Shown here piece after piece: positions 46,747 to 59,919 of a stretch of 64,000 nt of DNA. Every line of letters starts with the position of its first letter. Position 1 is the first letter of the stretch. The position numbers were made by a program, and so were the translations under genes. The notes under the pieces were generated by a model, which was not told the DNA's origin, did no database searches, and saw only the letters and a program-made list of their open reading frames with translations. The DNA is from Rebecca billardiae RCC1528 (Eukaryota > Protista > Haptophyta), in the NCBI GenBank assembly GCA_965240325.2, contig OZ251253.1, forward strand, positions 186,001-250,000, written 5' to 3'.

Positions 46747-48257
46747 GGTGGCACCTCCGGAACAGACGGCGGGAGGCAAGATGGCGAAGAAACAGCCCCG
46801 GCGTCGCGCTCGCTCGAGGCTCGGAGGCCCGTGCGAGCCGGCGGGGGCTCGAGCGGCACGGGGCGCACGTCGGGCGGGCAGACCATGCACGTGGGCCTTC
46901 CGAACCGCTCGCCGACGGCCTCGCTCCGCCGCTTCTCGCGCTCGCGAGCTGTGTCCGTGCGCGCGCGGTGGGCGGGCGTCGCGCAGCTCGACGCGAGGCG
47001 TCCACGGCGGAGATTGGGCCCAGCTGGGCGCTCGAACGGCTTCGACGTGCGGGGCCGGTCATGTACGTGCGCGCGCGCGCGCCGGGGCCGTCCGGCGACC
47101 TTGTGGTTGTGCTGCGGGAACGACGTCACACCCGGGCGGCACTGCGAGGTTCTGCGCGGGCCCATGTGCATGCATGTGCGCGAGGCGTGGGTGGGCTCGC
47201 GATGGCGGGGCGCGTTGGTCGAAGGTGCGCCATGGTCGTCGGCGCCGGCTAGGTGCCGTCGGGCGCGCGCGGCGGTCCACTCGGGGCCACGCGGGCCGCC
47301 GGGAGCTCGTGCGCAGCCGCTCGGCCAGATAGGTCGGGCCCCGGCGGCAGTCTGAACGAGGTCAGCACTTCACATTTCGACAAACTCCGCATCCCCGCTC
47401 GTGGTGGGCCACCATGCGGCGCACCAGGGGGTGCAAGCAAGCAGCCGTCCCGAGGAAACTGTTGGTAGGATTCGAAAATAATACGGAAATCCTTGAAAAA
47501 GCCCTTATTTCGACATTTTCGATAATATTTTCGAATCCTACCAACAGTTTCCTCGGGACGGCTGCTTGCTTGCACCCCCTGGTGCGCCGCATGGTGGCCC
47601 ACCACGAGCGGGGGTGCGGAGTTTGTCGAAATGTGAAGTGCTGACCTCGTTCAGACTGCCGCCGGGGCCACCTATCTGGCCGAGCGGCTGCGCACGAGCT
47701 CCCGGCGGCCCGCGTGGCCCCGAGTGGACCGCCGCGCGCGCCCGTCGGCGCCTAGCCGGCACCGACGACCATGGCGCAGCTTCGACCAACGCGCCCCGCC
47801 ATCGCGAGCCCACCCACGCCTCGCGCACATGCATGCACATGGGCCCGCGCAGAACCTCGCAGTGCCGCCCGGGTGTGACGTCGTTCCCGCAGCACGACCA
47901 CAAGGTCGCCGGACGGCTCCGGCGCGCGCGCGCGCACGTACATGACCGGACCCGCACGTCGAAGCCGTTCGAGCGCCCAGCTGGGCCCAATCTCCGCCGT
48001 GGACGCCTCGCGTCGAGCTGCGCGACGCCCGCCCACCGCGCGCGCACGGACACAGCTCGCGAGCGCGAGAAGCGGCGGAGCGAGGCCGTCGGCGAGCGGT
48101 TCGGAAGGCCCACGTGCATGGTCTGCCCGCCCGACGTGCGCCCCGTGCCGCTCGAGCCCCCGCCGGCTCGCACGGGCCTCCGAGCCTCGAGCGAGCGCGA
48201 CGCCGGGGCTGTTTCTTCGCCATCTTGCCTCCCGCCGTCTGTTCCGGAGGTGCCACC
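46747..48257. mobile_element. Foldback D: 1.5-kb near-perfect palindrome with Kolobok-like ends
   Basis: GGTGGCACCTCCGG...CCGGAGGTGCCACC with arms of about 730 bp and an AT-rich spacer of about 45 bp (47481-47525). Flanks are GGAA and TTAA. Confidence 0.85.
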
Positions 48258-48565
48258 TTAATGGTGAGCAGGGATTGGTCAACGTGTCCGCCATCGCTTG
48301 CAAGAATATATTTAAAAAAACCATTCTTGCCTTTTTGGTCATCGGCGACGGATCCGTCCGCCATCGCTTTTTGCACGAAAGGCGCGTGATTGGCTGGCGT
48401 CTTGTCTTCCCCGGCTGGCTTTGACTAAACAGGGGCTGGGCCAACGGGTCGTTGGACACCCAGGACGCAGCCCGAGTCTCCCGCCTCACTCCCGCACGAG
48501 TCGCCGACGTCGCGACCTCTCCATCGCCGCTCGCGCCAGCACCCTCAACTCCCCCCGTCATCGAC

Positions 48566-49686
48566 ATGGCACCGCGCATCGCCGATTCCGAGATGGAGAC
48601 CGACACGCCCTTCGTTCGCGACGCCCTGTCCGCCGCCGGGCCGTTTGACACCCCGTTCAAGATCAAGGTCGCGGCCGAGGCTATCAAGGGCGCACCGCTG
48701 AAGCGCCGCAGCACGCACTTTGTTGCACGCGTCGGGGCCGGCGTGGCCCAGAAAGCCATGGTGCGCATCGCGCGCGGCCATGCGCATGATGCGGCCGCAG
48801 CTCACCACGCGCGCTCGCTGCGCCCTGGACGCGCGCGCAGGCCAAAGCCGAGAAGGAGAAGCAGCGCGCGGACACGAGCGAGGACCTCGTCGCGACGTTC
48901 CAGTTTATGACGGACGAGGCGCAGCAGCGGCTCGGCGAGACCGAATCGTTGGCCCAGCAGCGTGGCGTCGAGGCGGAGATGCTCCTCAACGCGACGATCG
49001 ACGAGGCCAAGCAGGAGACGGACGCTGCCAAATCGCGCGCAGCGGAGGCCGAGAAGCGCGTCATCGAGGCCAAGGAGCTCCTCGACAAGGCCAAGTCGGA
49101 CGTGGAGTCCGAAAAGTCGCGCGTGGCGGCAAGCCAGAAGCGCGCCATCCAGGCCAAGGCGACCGCTGAGCGCGAGGCGAAGCGCCGCAAGAAGGCCGAG
49201 GAGGCCTATGCGCGCGAGAAGAAGCGCCGCGAGGAGGCCCAGGAGGACGTTGCGCGCCAGGCGAACGACGCCGAAGTGTCTACGGACATCACCGCAAAGC
49301 TCATCGAGGTCATTTGTCGGGGGACAGGTCAGATGAGTACGCAGGGGCAGCAGCGCGTATTCGCCGCTCTCCGCGAGCGCGCTCTCGGCGGCTTCTTCAC
49401 GTTCAACGGAGATCCGTTCCCTGCGCAGGTCGGACAGCAGCAGCCTGGCCCTTCGGAGCTGCGCGTTGTCCCCATGCAGCCGTCCGCGCAGGTTTGCTTC
49501 GAGTCCAACGCTGCCTCGGACAATGCCAATAACGCGCCGGGCCTCGCGGCGGTGCAGGGCCCGGGCGCGCGCATCCAGACCCGCCAGCAGGCTGTGAACA
49601 GCGAGCAGCCCGGCGCTAGCGACGACGAGATTGAGATGATGCAGGAGCTCGGGGAGTCGTCGACTGCGAGGCAGCTTGCCTGGTGA
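48566..49686 (+). CDS. Coiled-coil protein of segment G, copy 2, join(48566..48760,48841..49686)
   Basis: Same structure as 33698-34818. Five amino-acid differences are visible in the ORF track. Confidence 0.75.
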
Positions 49687-50446
49687 CTCAGTGGTCACAT
49701 GCATCGAGATGCCCAGTCAAGGCCGGCGTCACGGTTCAGGCGATGTCGCTCGTCGCCATTTACGCCTGATCCGCGGCGAGCGCACCGGGTGGCGCACGCA
49801 CGGCCGGGCCGACCGTCCGCGTCGAGTCCGAGCCACGAGAGTCCAGCAGCGGCAGGCGCCACTGACCTGTCACGGTGCCGGCGGCCTGGTGCGGTCACAT
49901 CGGGCCGTCCGGGCGCGGATGTCAGCTGTCCCTGAGGCCTGGCTGCTCGCGGTCAGAGCCGACGGACTGGCCTGAGCGGCGCGCACCGCGTCTGGCGCGA
50001 GTCCGGCGGGGCTGACAATCGGCCTGACTCGACAGCGAAGTCGATGGCAGCCTGCGCGGGCCCGGGCGTGGCGCATACTAGCTTTGGATTTGGGCTTCGG
50101 CTGCGCGCGGTTCCGCGACAGCACCGCCGAGCCTAGTGTCTACGGTGAGCCTGGGCGGGGCGGGGCGGGTGCCGAGGACTGGGTGCCGGGGTGGGTGCGG
50201 AGTGGTTGCCGATGCGGGTCGCGTGTCCGGTAGTCACTGCTCAGAGCTGATGATGATCGCAGGATCGGATGCGCGCCGCCGGACGATCGCGGTGCCGCCG
50301 GATATTATCGCGCGTAGCGCCAGCCGAGTACGACGGGCGGTCGTATATATATATATATTACGTTTGACGATGAATCATCACTGTAGCTTGAGTGTCGGAC
50401 GTGCCGATGACTGCCCGCCGCCGGCCACGGACGCGGATCATTCGCA

Positions 50447-50786
<340 letters not shown>

Positions 50787-50915
50787 CGTCAGTATAGCCG
50801 GCTTAGACGCAGTCGGCCACGCGGTCTGAGTCTGACTACTCACTGCTGTCCGAGCCGCAGTATGCGTACGGTCAGAAAATAAACTCAGTTATTATACGTC
50901 GCTAGCAGCGCGCTA

Positions 50916-51778
50916 AGACCCGTTGCACGGGTGAGTAACCGTGAGCGTATGAAAAAACGACAAGCGTATGAAATCTCGCGGTTTTGTCGCTCGCGCTGCC
51001 GCATGGCTGACGTCCGCGCCGATCCGAGCGCAATGGTGCATTGCGAAGCCGATTCGCAATGCACCAATCCAATCCGCATGTCAATCGACCCAACCGTCGC
51101 TGAGAACGAACGACAAAACCCAGGGCAGGTGTCCACCACGAAGCCACGCCGCGCGCGCGCTGGCAGCGTGAGCCGGCGCGGTTGCAAAGGGTTGCCCAAA
51201 GGCAGAGAGATCAGCCAATGCGGCTACCTTCGGCAAGCACGCCACCTCAGCGTCAGCATCGGGTGGGGCCGTGAGGATACATGCCCTTGGATGCGGCTCC
51301 AGCCAAACGGCTCTCGACGCGGGGAGCCGCCATCGGCCGCGAGCGCGTACACGGATACACGTGCTGTCCTCGTGAACGAGGATTCAGGAGACGAGGCGCG
51401 GCCCGCGATGCGCAGGCAAGACCTAGGGAGTGGCTCACGCTTTGATCGCGGGTACGGGTACAGAAGGCGTGCGCACGCAACCACACCGCCTTCGTGAAGC
51501 GCGTGGGCAAGCTGCTGAAGCTCTCACGATGCGCGCTTACTTCTCATCTCCGTGCGCTCGCCGACCGCTCACGCTGCCTTCCGCGCGGCGGACCTGGGAA
51601 ACCTGCCACCTGGCGCGCACGACGCAGCGCGTAACGCGGAAGGTGGTAGATCTGCTGCCACGCTCCCGCTGCCGCCGCCGGCGGCGGCAGCGGCATGCCC
51701 ACGATGCGGCGACGACGGTGCTGATGACTATCACTGCCAAAGTGTCGTTTTTTCGGCGCTCACGCGTGCAACGGGTCC
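50916..51778. mobile_element. MITE-like non-autonomous TIR element (Harbinger-like ends, or a TA-targeting type)
   Basis: GACCCGTTGCACG at the left end pairs with CGTGCAACGGGTC at the right. An inner inverted pair GTGAGCG..GAAAAAACGACA is also present. TA flanks both sides. Confidence 0.7.
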
Positions 51779-52023
51779 TAAGCGGTTCACGACACGCGAG
51801 TCAGTCGGACCACTTAGACGATATGACTGCTCTCACTCGTCAGTCGTCGTCCAGAGCCGCCGCCGAGCAGCGGCCCGGCGGCCGCGGCCTAGCGCATGTG
51901 CAGGACAGCCGGATGACTCTAAGGAGGCAGTGGTCGTCCCCGGGAGTGCCGGCCAATAGTTTGTCAGGCGGCGTCCGAGGCCGCCGACCGGGCTGTGTCA
52001 CAAGCAACCCCACCTGCCCGCGC

Positions 52024-52806
52024 TCACAGCGCGCCGCCGATCGCCGCGGTGATCGACACGCCGCCCAGGACGATCACCAGCGCGGTCACCGCCCCCGCGA
52101 ACCGCCCCGGGTCGACGCGCCGGTTGATCCACGTGCCGGCCACGCTCGCGACCAGCACGCCCGGCACCGCGGCGAGGCTCTGCGAGAGCAGGTTGGAGGT
52201 GAGCAGCCCGGCGGCGGCGAAGTTGTACATCGCGAGCGCCTGCACGGGCAGGAAGAAGCGCGAGAGCATCGTCCGCTGCTCCGCGGGCGACCACTCGCGC
52301 AACGTCCCAAACACAACCGCCGGCGGGCCGGGCTCGGCCACCGCGCCGCCGAGCAGCCCGGCGCACAGCCCGAAGAGCGCCGTCTTGGCGAAGGGCAGCG
52401 TGCGCAGCTCGGCGGCGGGGCGCGCGCCGCCGCCTTGCGCGCGCTCCTCGCCCACCAGCTCGAGCGAGGGCAGCTCGCAGAAGTCCGCGTCCGGCCGCGC
52501 GCAGTCCGGGCGGCGCAGCTTCCAGCCGCCGTACCCGACGAGCAGGACTCCGACCACGCCGCGCACGAGGTGCGGGTCGAGGCTGACGAGCGCGCGCACG
52601 CCGAGGGGCACGCCGACGAGCGCGGCGGCGAAGAGCGTGAGCGACTCGACCCACCGCCCCGTCGCGCGCATCTGCCCGTCGAGCAGGTCGGTCACCAAGT
52701 TGGCCGTGACGAGCACGGACGAGACGGCGGTCACGAGCGGCGCCGCCGCCGTCACGTCGAGGTCCGGGCGGTGAGTACGGGCTTTCCGATGGCGGCCGAG
52801 GTTCAT
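52024..52806 (-). CDS. TauE/SafE (TSUP, DUF81) family membrane protein; N-terminus uncertain
   Basis: [33 protein letters not shown] and GTWINRRVD...F pattern with multiple TM helices. Confidence 0.82.
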   Translation of the reverse strand: MNLGRHRKARTHRPDLDVTAAAPLVTAVSSVLVTANLVTDLLDGQMRATGRWVESLTLFAAALVGVPLGVRALVSLDPHLVRGVVGVLLVGYGGWKLRRPDCARPDADFCELPSLELVGEERAQGGGARPAAELRTLPFAKTALFGLCAGLLGGAVAEPGPPAVVFGTLREWSPAEQRTMLSRFFLPVQALAMYNFAAAGLLTSNLLSQSLAAVPGVLVASVAGTWINRRVDPGRFAGAVTALVIVLGGVSITAAIGGAL

Positions 52807-53202
52807 GCATGGCCGACGCCGCCATCGGCGAGCCCGCTGCGCCGCGCACCGGCTGCTTCGTCGCCAGTGCTCGACGGAGCGCGCTGCTATTACGCGCGCC
52901 GGCGCACCGGCGCGGCGCGCGCATGCTCCGCCCGAGGTGGGGCCCAAACAAACTTGGTCACGTCCTCTCACCTCCCACTCTGTTGATCTGTGTGGCTCCT
53001 GCTCAGGGACCCACACACATCACCCGGCCTCTCCCACCCCTCTGTTGGGTCTGTGTGCGCCCGCGGGGATAGCCCGCGTGCCGGGGCCATGCGTCCCAGC
53101 CATTGCGGAGTCCACGGTCCACCGCGAGTTGCGACCGGCTGCCAGCGTGCGCGCAGGATGGCTGCCGATGTGCGAACGTCGGTGTAGCTGTGTGCGCCGT
53201 GC

Positions 53203-54416
53203 GTGCATGTGCACGCGGGGACAGTGGTGCTGCACGGCGGGCACGGCGCGGCGGGCGGGGACGAGGCGGTGCTTCTGCACGGCGCGGGCACAGTGCCGTC
53301 GGCGCAGCCCGCGCGGCCGCCACCGCTGCACCCGACGAGCGCCGACGATGGCGCTGCGGCCGGCGGCGGCGGCGGCAGCGGCGGCGGCGGTGGCGGCGGC
53401 GCGGTCGAGGGTGCCTCGGGTGCGGGCGGCAGCGGCTTTGACGAGGCGCTGCTGCGCGAGAGCCTGACCCCCGGGGCTCGGGCCGTGCACCCGACGCGCA
53501 CCCTCCTGCGCGCGGTCGGCCTTGACAACGCCACCGCCGGCCGCGGCGCGCAGCAGTCCGCACCCGCCCAGCCGCCACCGATCGCCTTCTATCGGCCCCG
53601 CGCGGCGCTCGACGCGCGAGCGGTAGCGCGCGCAGAGGAGCGGAGGCCGGTCGGTGGCGTGTACGACCTGGCGCAGCCCCCGCCGCTGCACTACGAGGCG
53701 ACGGGCGCCGCCGCCGCTCCCACGACTCGGCCTCAGTCGGCCACACCGCGCGCACCCAGCTTGGCCGCCTCGGCTGCCGCCGCTGCCGAGGCGGCCGCGC
53801 GCGCGCATGCGCACGCCGCAGCCGTGTGCGGCCGGTCGCACCCCGCGACGGCGCTGTTCGCCCACGCAGCGGCGCCCGAGGGCGCCGGCGCGCACGCCGC
53901 GCGCGCGATGGACGCGCTCTCACGGCGCACGAGCGGCACAGAGCCCTCCACGAGCGCCACACCGCCGCCCTCGCGCCCAGCCTGCAGCCCGCGTGGCAGG
54001 ACCGGCCCATGCTGCCGACCTCGCGCGCCGCCCTCGCGCGGCTCAGCCTGTACCTCGAGTACATGGGCACGCGCGACTACGCGGCCGAGCTGCTCCGCGA
54101 GTCCGTGCTCGCAGACCAGCCGCAGATCCGGCGCGCGCCGCGGCCGGCGGTCGTCGTGGGCGCCGCCTCGCCCGCGCCGAGGGCGACCGGGCCGAGCGCT
54201 GCGTCGGGCCTCCGCCCCGCTGACCGTGTGGTGAGCCGGCGCCCCATGCCCGCGCCGCACGATGGCGGCTCGCCCTCGCCCGCGTCGAGCCGGAGAGCGC
54301 GCATGCTCTCGCTCAGTGCGCGCGAGCTCAACCGGCTGCCGCACAACACGCGCTACGCGCACGCCCACGGGCGCGGCGCGACGCGTCGCACTGCCGAGCA
54401 GCGCGCTGCGCTGTGA
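53203..54416 (+). pseudogene. Hypothetical gene with an apparent frameshift near 53918 (or an assembly error)
   Basis: Protein-like sequence switches from ORF 53203 to ORF 53826. Removing a TC from CTCTCA gives continuous DALTAHERHRALHERH. Confidence 0.4.
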
Positions 54417-56571
54417 GGGCGAGCATGCCGATTGAGGTCCGACACTACGCCCGGCACACGCGCAGCCTCACTCCGTGCCCACTACTCGGGCCGCTCGGCT
54501 GCCAGGCCGTCGGCGTCGTCTGGACCGTAACATATATAGATATACTCGCGGATACGGCGCATACGCCTACGGACCGCCTAGCTAGGCCGCGCCAGGCGCG
54601 GCCCGCCTGCGAGGCCGCCGTCTGCTGAGACGGATGCATAAGTATGCGCCATCAAATATATGAGTCGGATCGTCTGGGCTCCGGCTCCGGTTCACCCGCC
54701 CCCCCCCCCCACCACTGGCACCGCCCCCCACGCCCCCGGCCCCAGCCACTCATTCATTCTGCCAGCTCCGTTCACTCGTCTTGGGGCTTGCGGCCCCCGT
54801 GTTAATGCTGCTTATGCTAGCGCGCTGCTTACCTTCGGACCTTGGCGGGGCTGGGGCTAGGGGGCGGGGGCCACCGACCGCCAGTCGAACTCGCAGACGA
54901 CCGCCTTGCCGACAGCTAGACGACCCACCACAACGATTCCCCGGTGGGGTGGGCGGTCATTTTCGAGAACTTCCAAACCGGCGTTTCCGTCCCGAACTCT
55001 AAGCCAGTAAGTTACTTGGGGTACCCCAAGTAATCGGAGTACTTTATTCTTTCAGGCTCCCGCCAAGCGCTTTGATTAGGAGTTCCAAGCTGGCTCAAAG
55101 CTTTGCCAGCGCTCCACTGCGCGAAGCCAGGGCAAACCGCGAGCCCCGAGCTTTCGGGGGGCTCGAAGGTGGGCGGCTGGCGGGCGCACTGCGAGCCGGA
55201 GGGGGGGGGGGGGGGCGGCACTGCCCTGCGCGGTGCGCGCTGGTGTAGCTGCCGACGTGCCCGTGTAGGCGGCCTGCCAGCCTCAGATTGATTGGTTGCG
55301 TCCCACTGCGCCGTGCCCCCCGTCACCCAGCGTCGCTTGGGTACAGTCTCGGCCTCTCGCGGGAAAGCGGCGCCCCCGTCGGGCGGCGGCGGGCCGCAAG
55401 ATGAGATCGTGGTGCACTGCTGGGCTGACGCGCGGCGCGCTGTGCAGCTTGGCGTGGCTATGTACACATGCAATCGCGATGTGCTGTCCCCCGTAGTCAC
55501 GACAAGTACGCCACCAGTCCAAGCACGCACGTCCAGGAGGCCGCCTGCGCCGTAGTACATACAGCTTCAGCGGAACCGCCGCATCCGCGACGCGATGGCG
55601 ACACAGATGGACAATGCCTCAAACGTCTGCATGCTCATGCGGCATTGCTGGTTGCAGGATGTGCGCATGGGATGCGATCAGGGCAGTATTCGCAACCCGC
55701 TCACCTATAGCTCCTCGTGAGAGCTCGGCCACGGATGGACTTGCGCCAGTCGGAACGCTTTGAAAAGCTACGACGGCTCGTGCTGTAGCACTTGCGCAGA
55801 CGTGCGAGGCCGCATGGCGCGCAACTGAGTAGGGCTATACACCGTCAGCAGCCCTCGCTCACTCCTCGTTGACTGTCCAGTGTCACTCATTCACACGGCT
55901 GCAGCACGATCGGCGGCGGCCCGCTGAGTGCTCGCCGATTGGCAGCGTGGGCGCGCGCACTGACCAGAGGCGGCAAGGTAGCAGCGGGCGACGCTGGCTA
56001 CTGTTAGTTCACGTCTCTGATGGCGCTCCAGACCACTCCCCAGCTGCACGGCCGCGCGCGCCCCGTGCGATGCGACGTTAGCCGTCGCAAGACCGCTCGC
56101 CCCGCAATCGCCCACAACCCAACTTTTGGCCGCCTTCGCGGCCGCCTGCCCGTCTTTCGGTGTTTCCAATTCGCCGCGGGCCCGCGCGATCCCGCCGCCC
56201 GCGCAACGAAGTACTTTCATCACTTGTACGGCTTGTACCGCTCGGCTCCCCTTTCTTTGCCGAAGAACGGGCATCTGCGTGTGTTTTGCACGGCTGTAAG
56301 TTCGTTTGTCTATGTGGGTACTCGTTCTTTCGTTTGAGAAATCACGAAAATGTCCTCCCCGCCCACCCGGCAATCGTCGTGGTGATTCAGACGGGCATTG
56401 CCGGGTTGCACCCGGCAATGCTGCATTCACCCCGGTCCTACCGGAATGCAGGGCTCGCCCCGCTGGCCGCTCCAAGTAGTGCCGCGCCCGCACTGCGGCC
56501 ACTTCATCGTCATCAAATATATTGCATGTATTCAGCATCGTCAATAATGATGATATATTATTCATGCAGGA

Positions 56572-56586
56572 CTCTCTCTCTCTCTC

Positions 56587-56658
<72 letters not shown>
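56572..56658. repeat. (CT)n microsatellite
   Basis: Seen directly. Confidence 0.98.
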
Positions 56659-56660
<2 letters not shown>

Positions 56661-56924
56661 TCCCCTTTATTACGGGTTCCGGGTGATCAGACAGTGGCCG
56701 GCGGCCGAAGCCTCCCTGAGCCCTACTCCCTGGCCAGCCCCCAATTCCACTGAGGCTGCGTGCTGCAGATATCGCTCGGGCAGGAGCCTAAGTGGCAGGT
56801 GCCGGTCACCATCACATCGTCGGTCCGCCAGCGGTCGGTCACTCTCAGGCCAGGGTCCGGCAGTTCAAATACGGCGCGAGCAAACTCAGTAGGGCGCCAG
56901 CCCAGGAGCACTGGTCGGTGCCCG

Positions 56925-57440
56925 CATGATGGTATGGTACTGCTGCACGCATGGTATGGTTATGGTACTGCAGTGCGCGCATGGTATGGTAATGCAGCAT
57001 GGCCGTGTATGGCATGAGTACTGCTGCGCGCATGGTATGGTACTGCATGGTACTGTATACATATGGTATCATGGTACTGCTGCTGTGCGCATGGTATGGT
57101 ACTGATGACATGGTATTAGGTACTGCATGATGGCGTACGTACTGTAGCTATGGTATGCGGTACTGCTGCGCGCATGGTACATATATGGTACTGCTGCGCG
57201 CATCAGCATGGTATATGGTACTGCATGGTAATGTCGTAGTATGGTAGGTTATATGGTACTGCTGTGCGCATGGTATGGTACTGCATCATGGTACGGTGGT
57301 ACTGCTGTGCGCATGGTGTATGGTAATGCCGCATCAGGCTGTATGGTAGTGAGTAACTACTGCTGCGCGCATGGTATGGTACTGCATGGTACTGTATACA
57401 ATACATATGGTATGGTACTGCTGCTGTGCGCATGGTATGG
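56925..57440. repeat. Degenerate ATGGT/ACTGC(TGTGCGC) satellite, left part
   Basis: Recurrent ATGGTATGGTACTGCTGTGCGC units. Confidence 0.93.
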
Positions 57441-57714
57441 TGTTGAGCTGACGAGGCCAGGGGCGCGCATCTCAGCAGATGGCGTCGCCGGCGGTGAGTC
57501 AGGGCCGGTGCTGCAGCAGGCAGACCGGCGGCGCAGCTGCTGCAGAGCAGCAGTGCGGATGAACTGGCACAGTCTGGGGCACGCATCTCAGCAGATGGCG
57601 TTGCCGCTGGGGTGTCAGGGCTGGCGCCGCATCAGGCGGGCCGGCAGCAGCAGCTGCTGCGGAGCAGTGGCTGGCAGCGCGCGCGTCCAGGACGCGCGCG
57701 GCAGCAGACGCGCG

Positions 57715-58020
57715 AGCGCGGAGCAGCGCGGGCGCAGCGGCGCGGGCGCGGAGCAGCGCGGGCGCAGCGGCGCGGGAGCGCGGAGCAGCGCGGGGCGCGC
57801 GGAGCAGCGCGGGCAGCGCGGAGCAGCGCGGAGCAGCGCGGAGCAGCGCGGAGCGCGCGGAGCAGCGCGGAGCAGCGCGGAGCAGCGCGGAGCAGCGCGG
57901 AGCAGCGCGGAGCAGCGCGGAGCAGCGCGGAGCAGCGCGGAGCGCGCGGAGCAGCGCGGAGCAGCGCGGAGCAGCGCGGAGCAGCGCGGAGCGGCGCGGA
58001 GCAGCGCGGAGCAGCGCGGG
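57715..58020. repeat. (GGAGCAGCGC)n minisatellite inside the LTR (also at about 61927-62232)
   Basis: Seen directly. Confidence 0.95.
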
Positions 58021-59919
58021 CGTCATGCTGGTACACTGGATTTGTCCAAGGAAAGCAGGTGAGCAGCACCGGACATGGACGAGAAGCAGTGGTACAAAGT
58101 TGAGCGGCAACAGGACGGCGGACGGTGCGATCGCCGATTGGCTGATCGCGGCAAAATCTGGGTAAGTCGGCACGGCGATGATACTACCGCCCCGAGCCCA
58201 GGAGCGATCGGAGCTCGATCGCTGTTTTGGCCCGGCGCAAGAGCGCCGGAAATAAGGGCCAGGTTCAGAGGCTTGAGAGCTGATGAGATCGCGAGGCATG
58301 TGATCCTCGCGGTGGCGTCCGTCCTGTCGTGCGCGGTGAGCTTTTAGCAGGGCTCGAGACGCTCGGAGCTTGCGGTAATCCCAATATGCGCGCAGCAACC
58401 CCAGGGAGGGAGTTGTCCGCACTGTCCTTTCTCATCGATTGGGCTGATGGGCACGAGCGGCCGCGGTTGCAGGATGGGCGGAACGAGGAACTCTGGCGTC
58501 GCATGGAATGCAGCAGAGGTTCCTGGCCGAGAGCGCGGGCAAACTGGCGACGCTCTCGATGGGGCATGGCGCTACGATGCCAGGGATCATCGGCATCATC
58601 TTCGCGCATGGCCCGGACGCGGAACTTCGCGTCGATTGGGAGGAACAGTACCTGTCGGTGATGAGCCCGACACGACAGCCTCCCGGAAGCTCACGATTGG
58701 ATCTGAGCGGATGCAGCTGGTGCAGGAGAACTACTGCGTGCAGCGGCGGATGACTGAGCAGCGCTACTGGCACGATCGGCGCGAGCACGCACCCCGAGCG
58801 CCGGGTGGCTGCACGGCAGCTGACGGCGGCGACGGCGGGCTCGGCGATCTACTCGGAGAAGCTGGCTCATCAACCTGTCCGGTGGTCTAGGGCACCGGAT
58901 GGCGGCTGGCAGCTGGACTGGGTTTTGCGGTCCGGCTGGCACGGCTGGCACGACCGGACTGGACACAGGTCCGGCGGTTGGCACACCCGGATCTATCGGA
59001 ATCGTCCGGGTGGAATCTGGCGACACGAGCGCCGTTACGGCGGCGGGCAGTGCTTGGCACTGGTCCTACGCCGGCAGCTGACGCGAGGCGCAGCTGGCAG
59101 TGCCACCGAGATGGCGGCGCTGGCGCGACTGTTGAGTCGCGGGAATCGCGCGCGCGCGAGGCGCGAGCGCGGGATCATGACGGGGCGGCGCAGCGGTGCC
59201 GAGACTACGTCTGCAGCTGACGCGAGGCGCAGCTGGCAGTGCCGCCGAGACGGCGGCGCTGGCGCGATCTTTGAGTCGCGGTATCCGCGCGCGCGCAAGG
59301 CGCGAGTGCGGGGTGACGGCGGGGCAGTGCATGGCACTCGGCCCACGCCGGGAGGTTCAGCTCGATTCCATGCTGCGGGCCGAGATCATTCGGCGGCAGG
59401 TGGGGACCCGACGCTGAGGCGTCGGAAGCACACGCACGGCGCAGGACGCCGGTGCGGCGTGTGTGCGCGCAGCAGCGCGCGGCAGTGGCTCGGCGGCGCT
59501 GGGCGCACCGAACCAGGTGGTCGTACGCCCGGTGGTGGCGGCGGCACCCACACGTCCACGCACGAAGCTCATCGCCTGGCTCAGGCGGCGGTGGCGACGG
59601 CGGGGATCGTGGCGGCGGCCAAGACGGCGGAGAGATACCGACTGGCTGCGAGGGCGGAGGAGGCAGCGGCGGCGGCGATCAGCGCGCGCCGCGCGCGGAG
59701 CAGCTCCGTGGCTTCAACGTACTCTGGTACGTATGTCGTGTAGACGACGGACGTCTCTTCACTTGCGTGACGTACGCATCGACGAGACCGACCTGGTCGA
59801 GGGGGGGCACTCGTCGCTGGGCGCACCTGACGGTGGCGCGTACGTGGGTGATGGTGACGGCGCCGCGGTAAGCGGCGGACATCGTCCGGTCGGCGGTGAC
59901 GCCGACGGTGAGGACGAGG

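Noticed and set aside
57241-58422. RSSAEQRGAA / ALLRAAPRCS repeat ORFs
   Set aside because: These are translations of the 10-bp LTR minisatellite.
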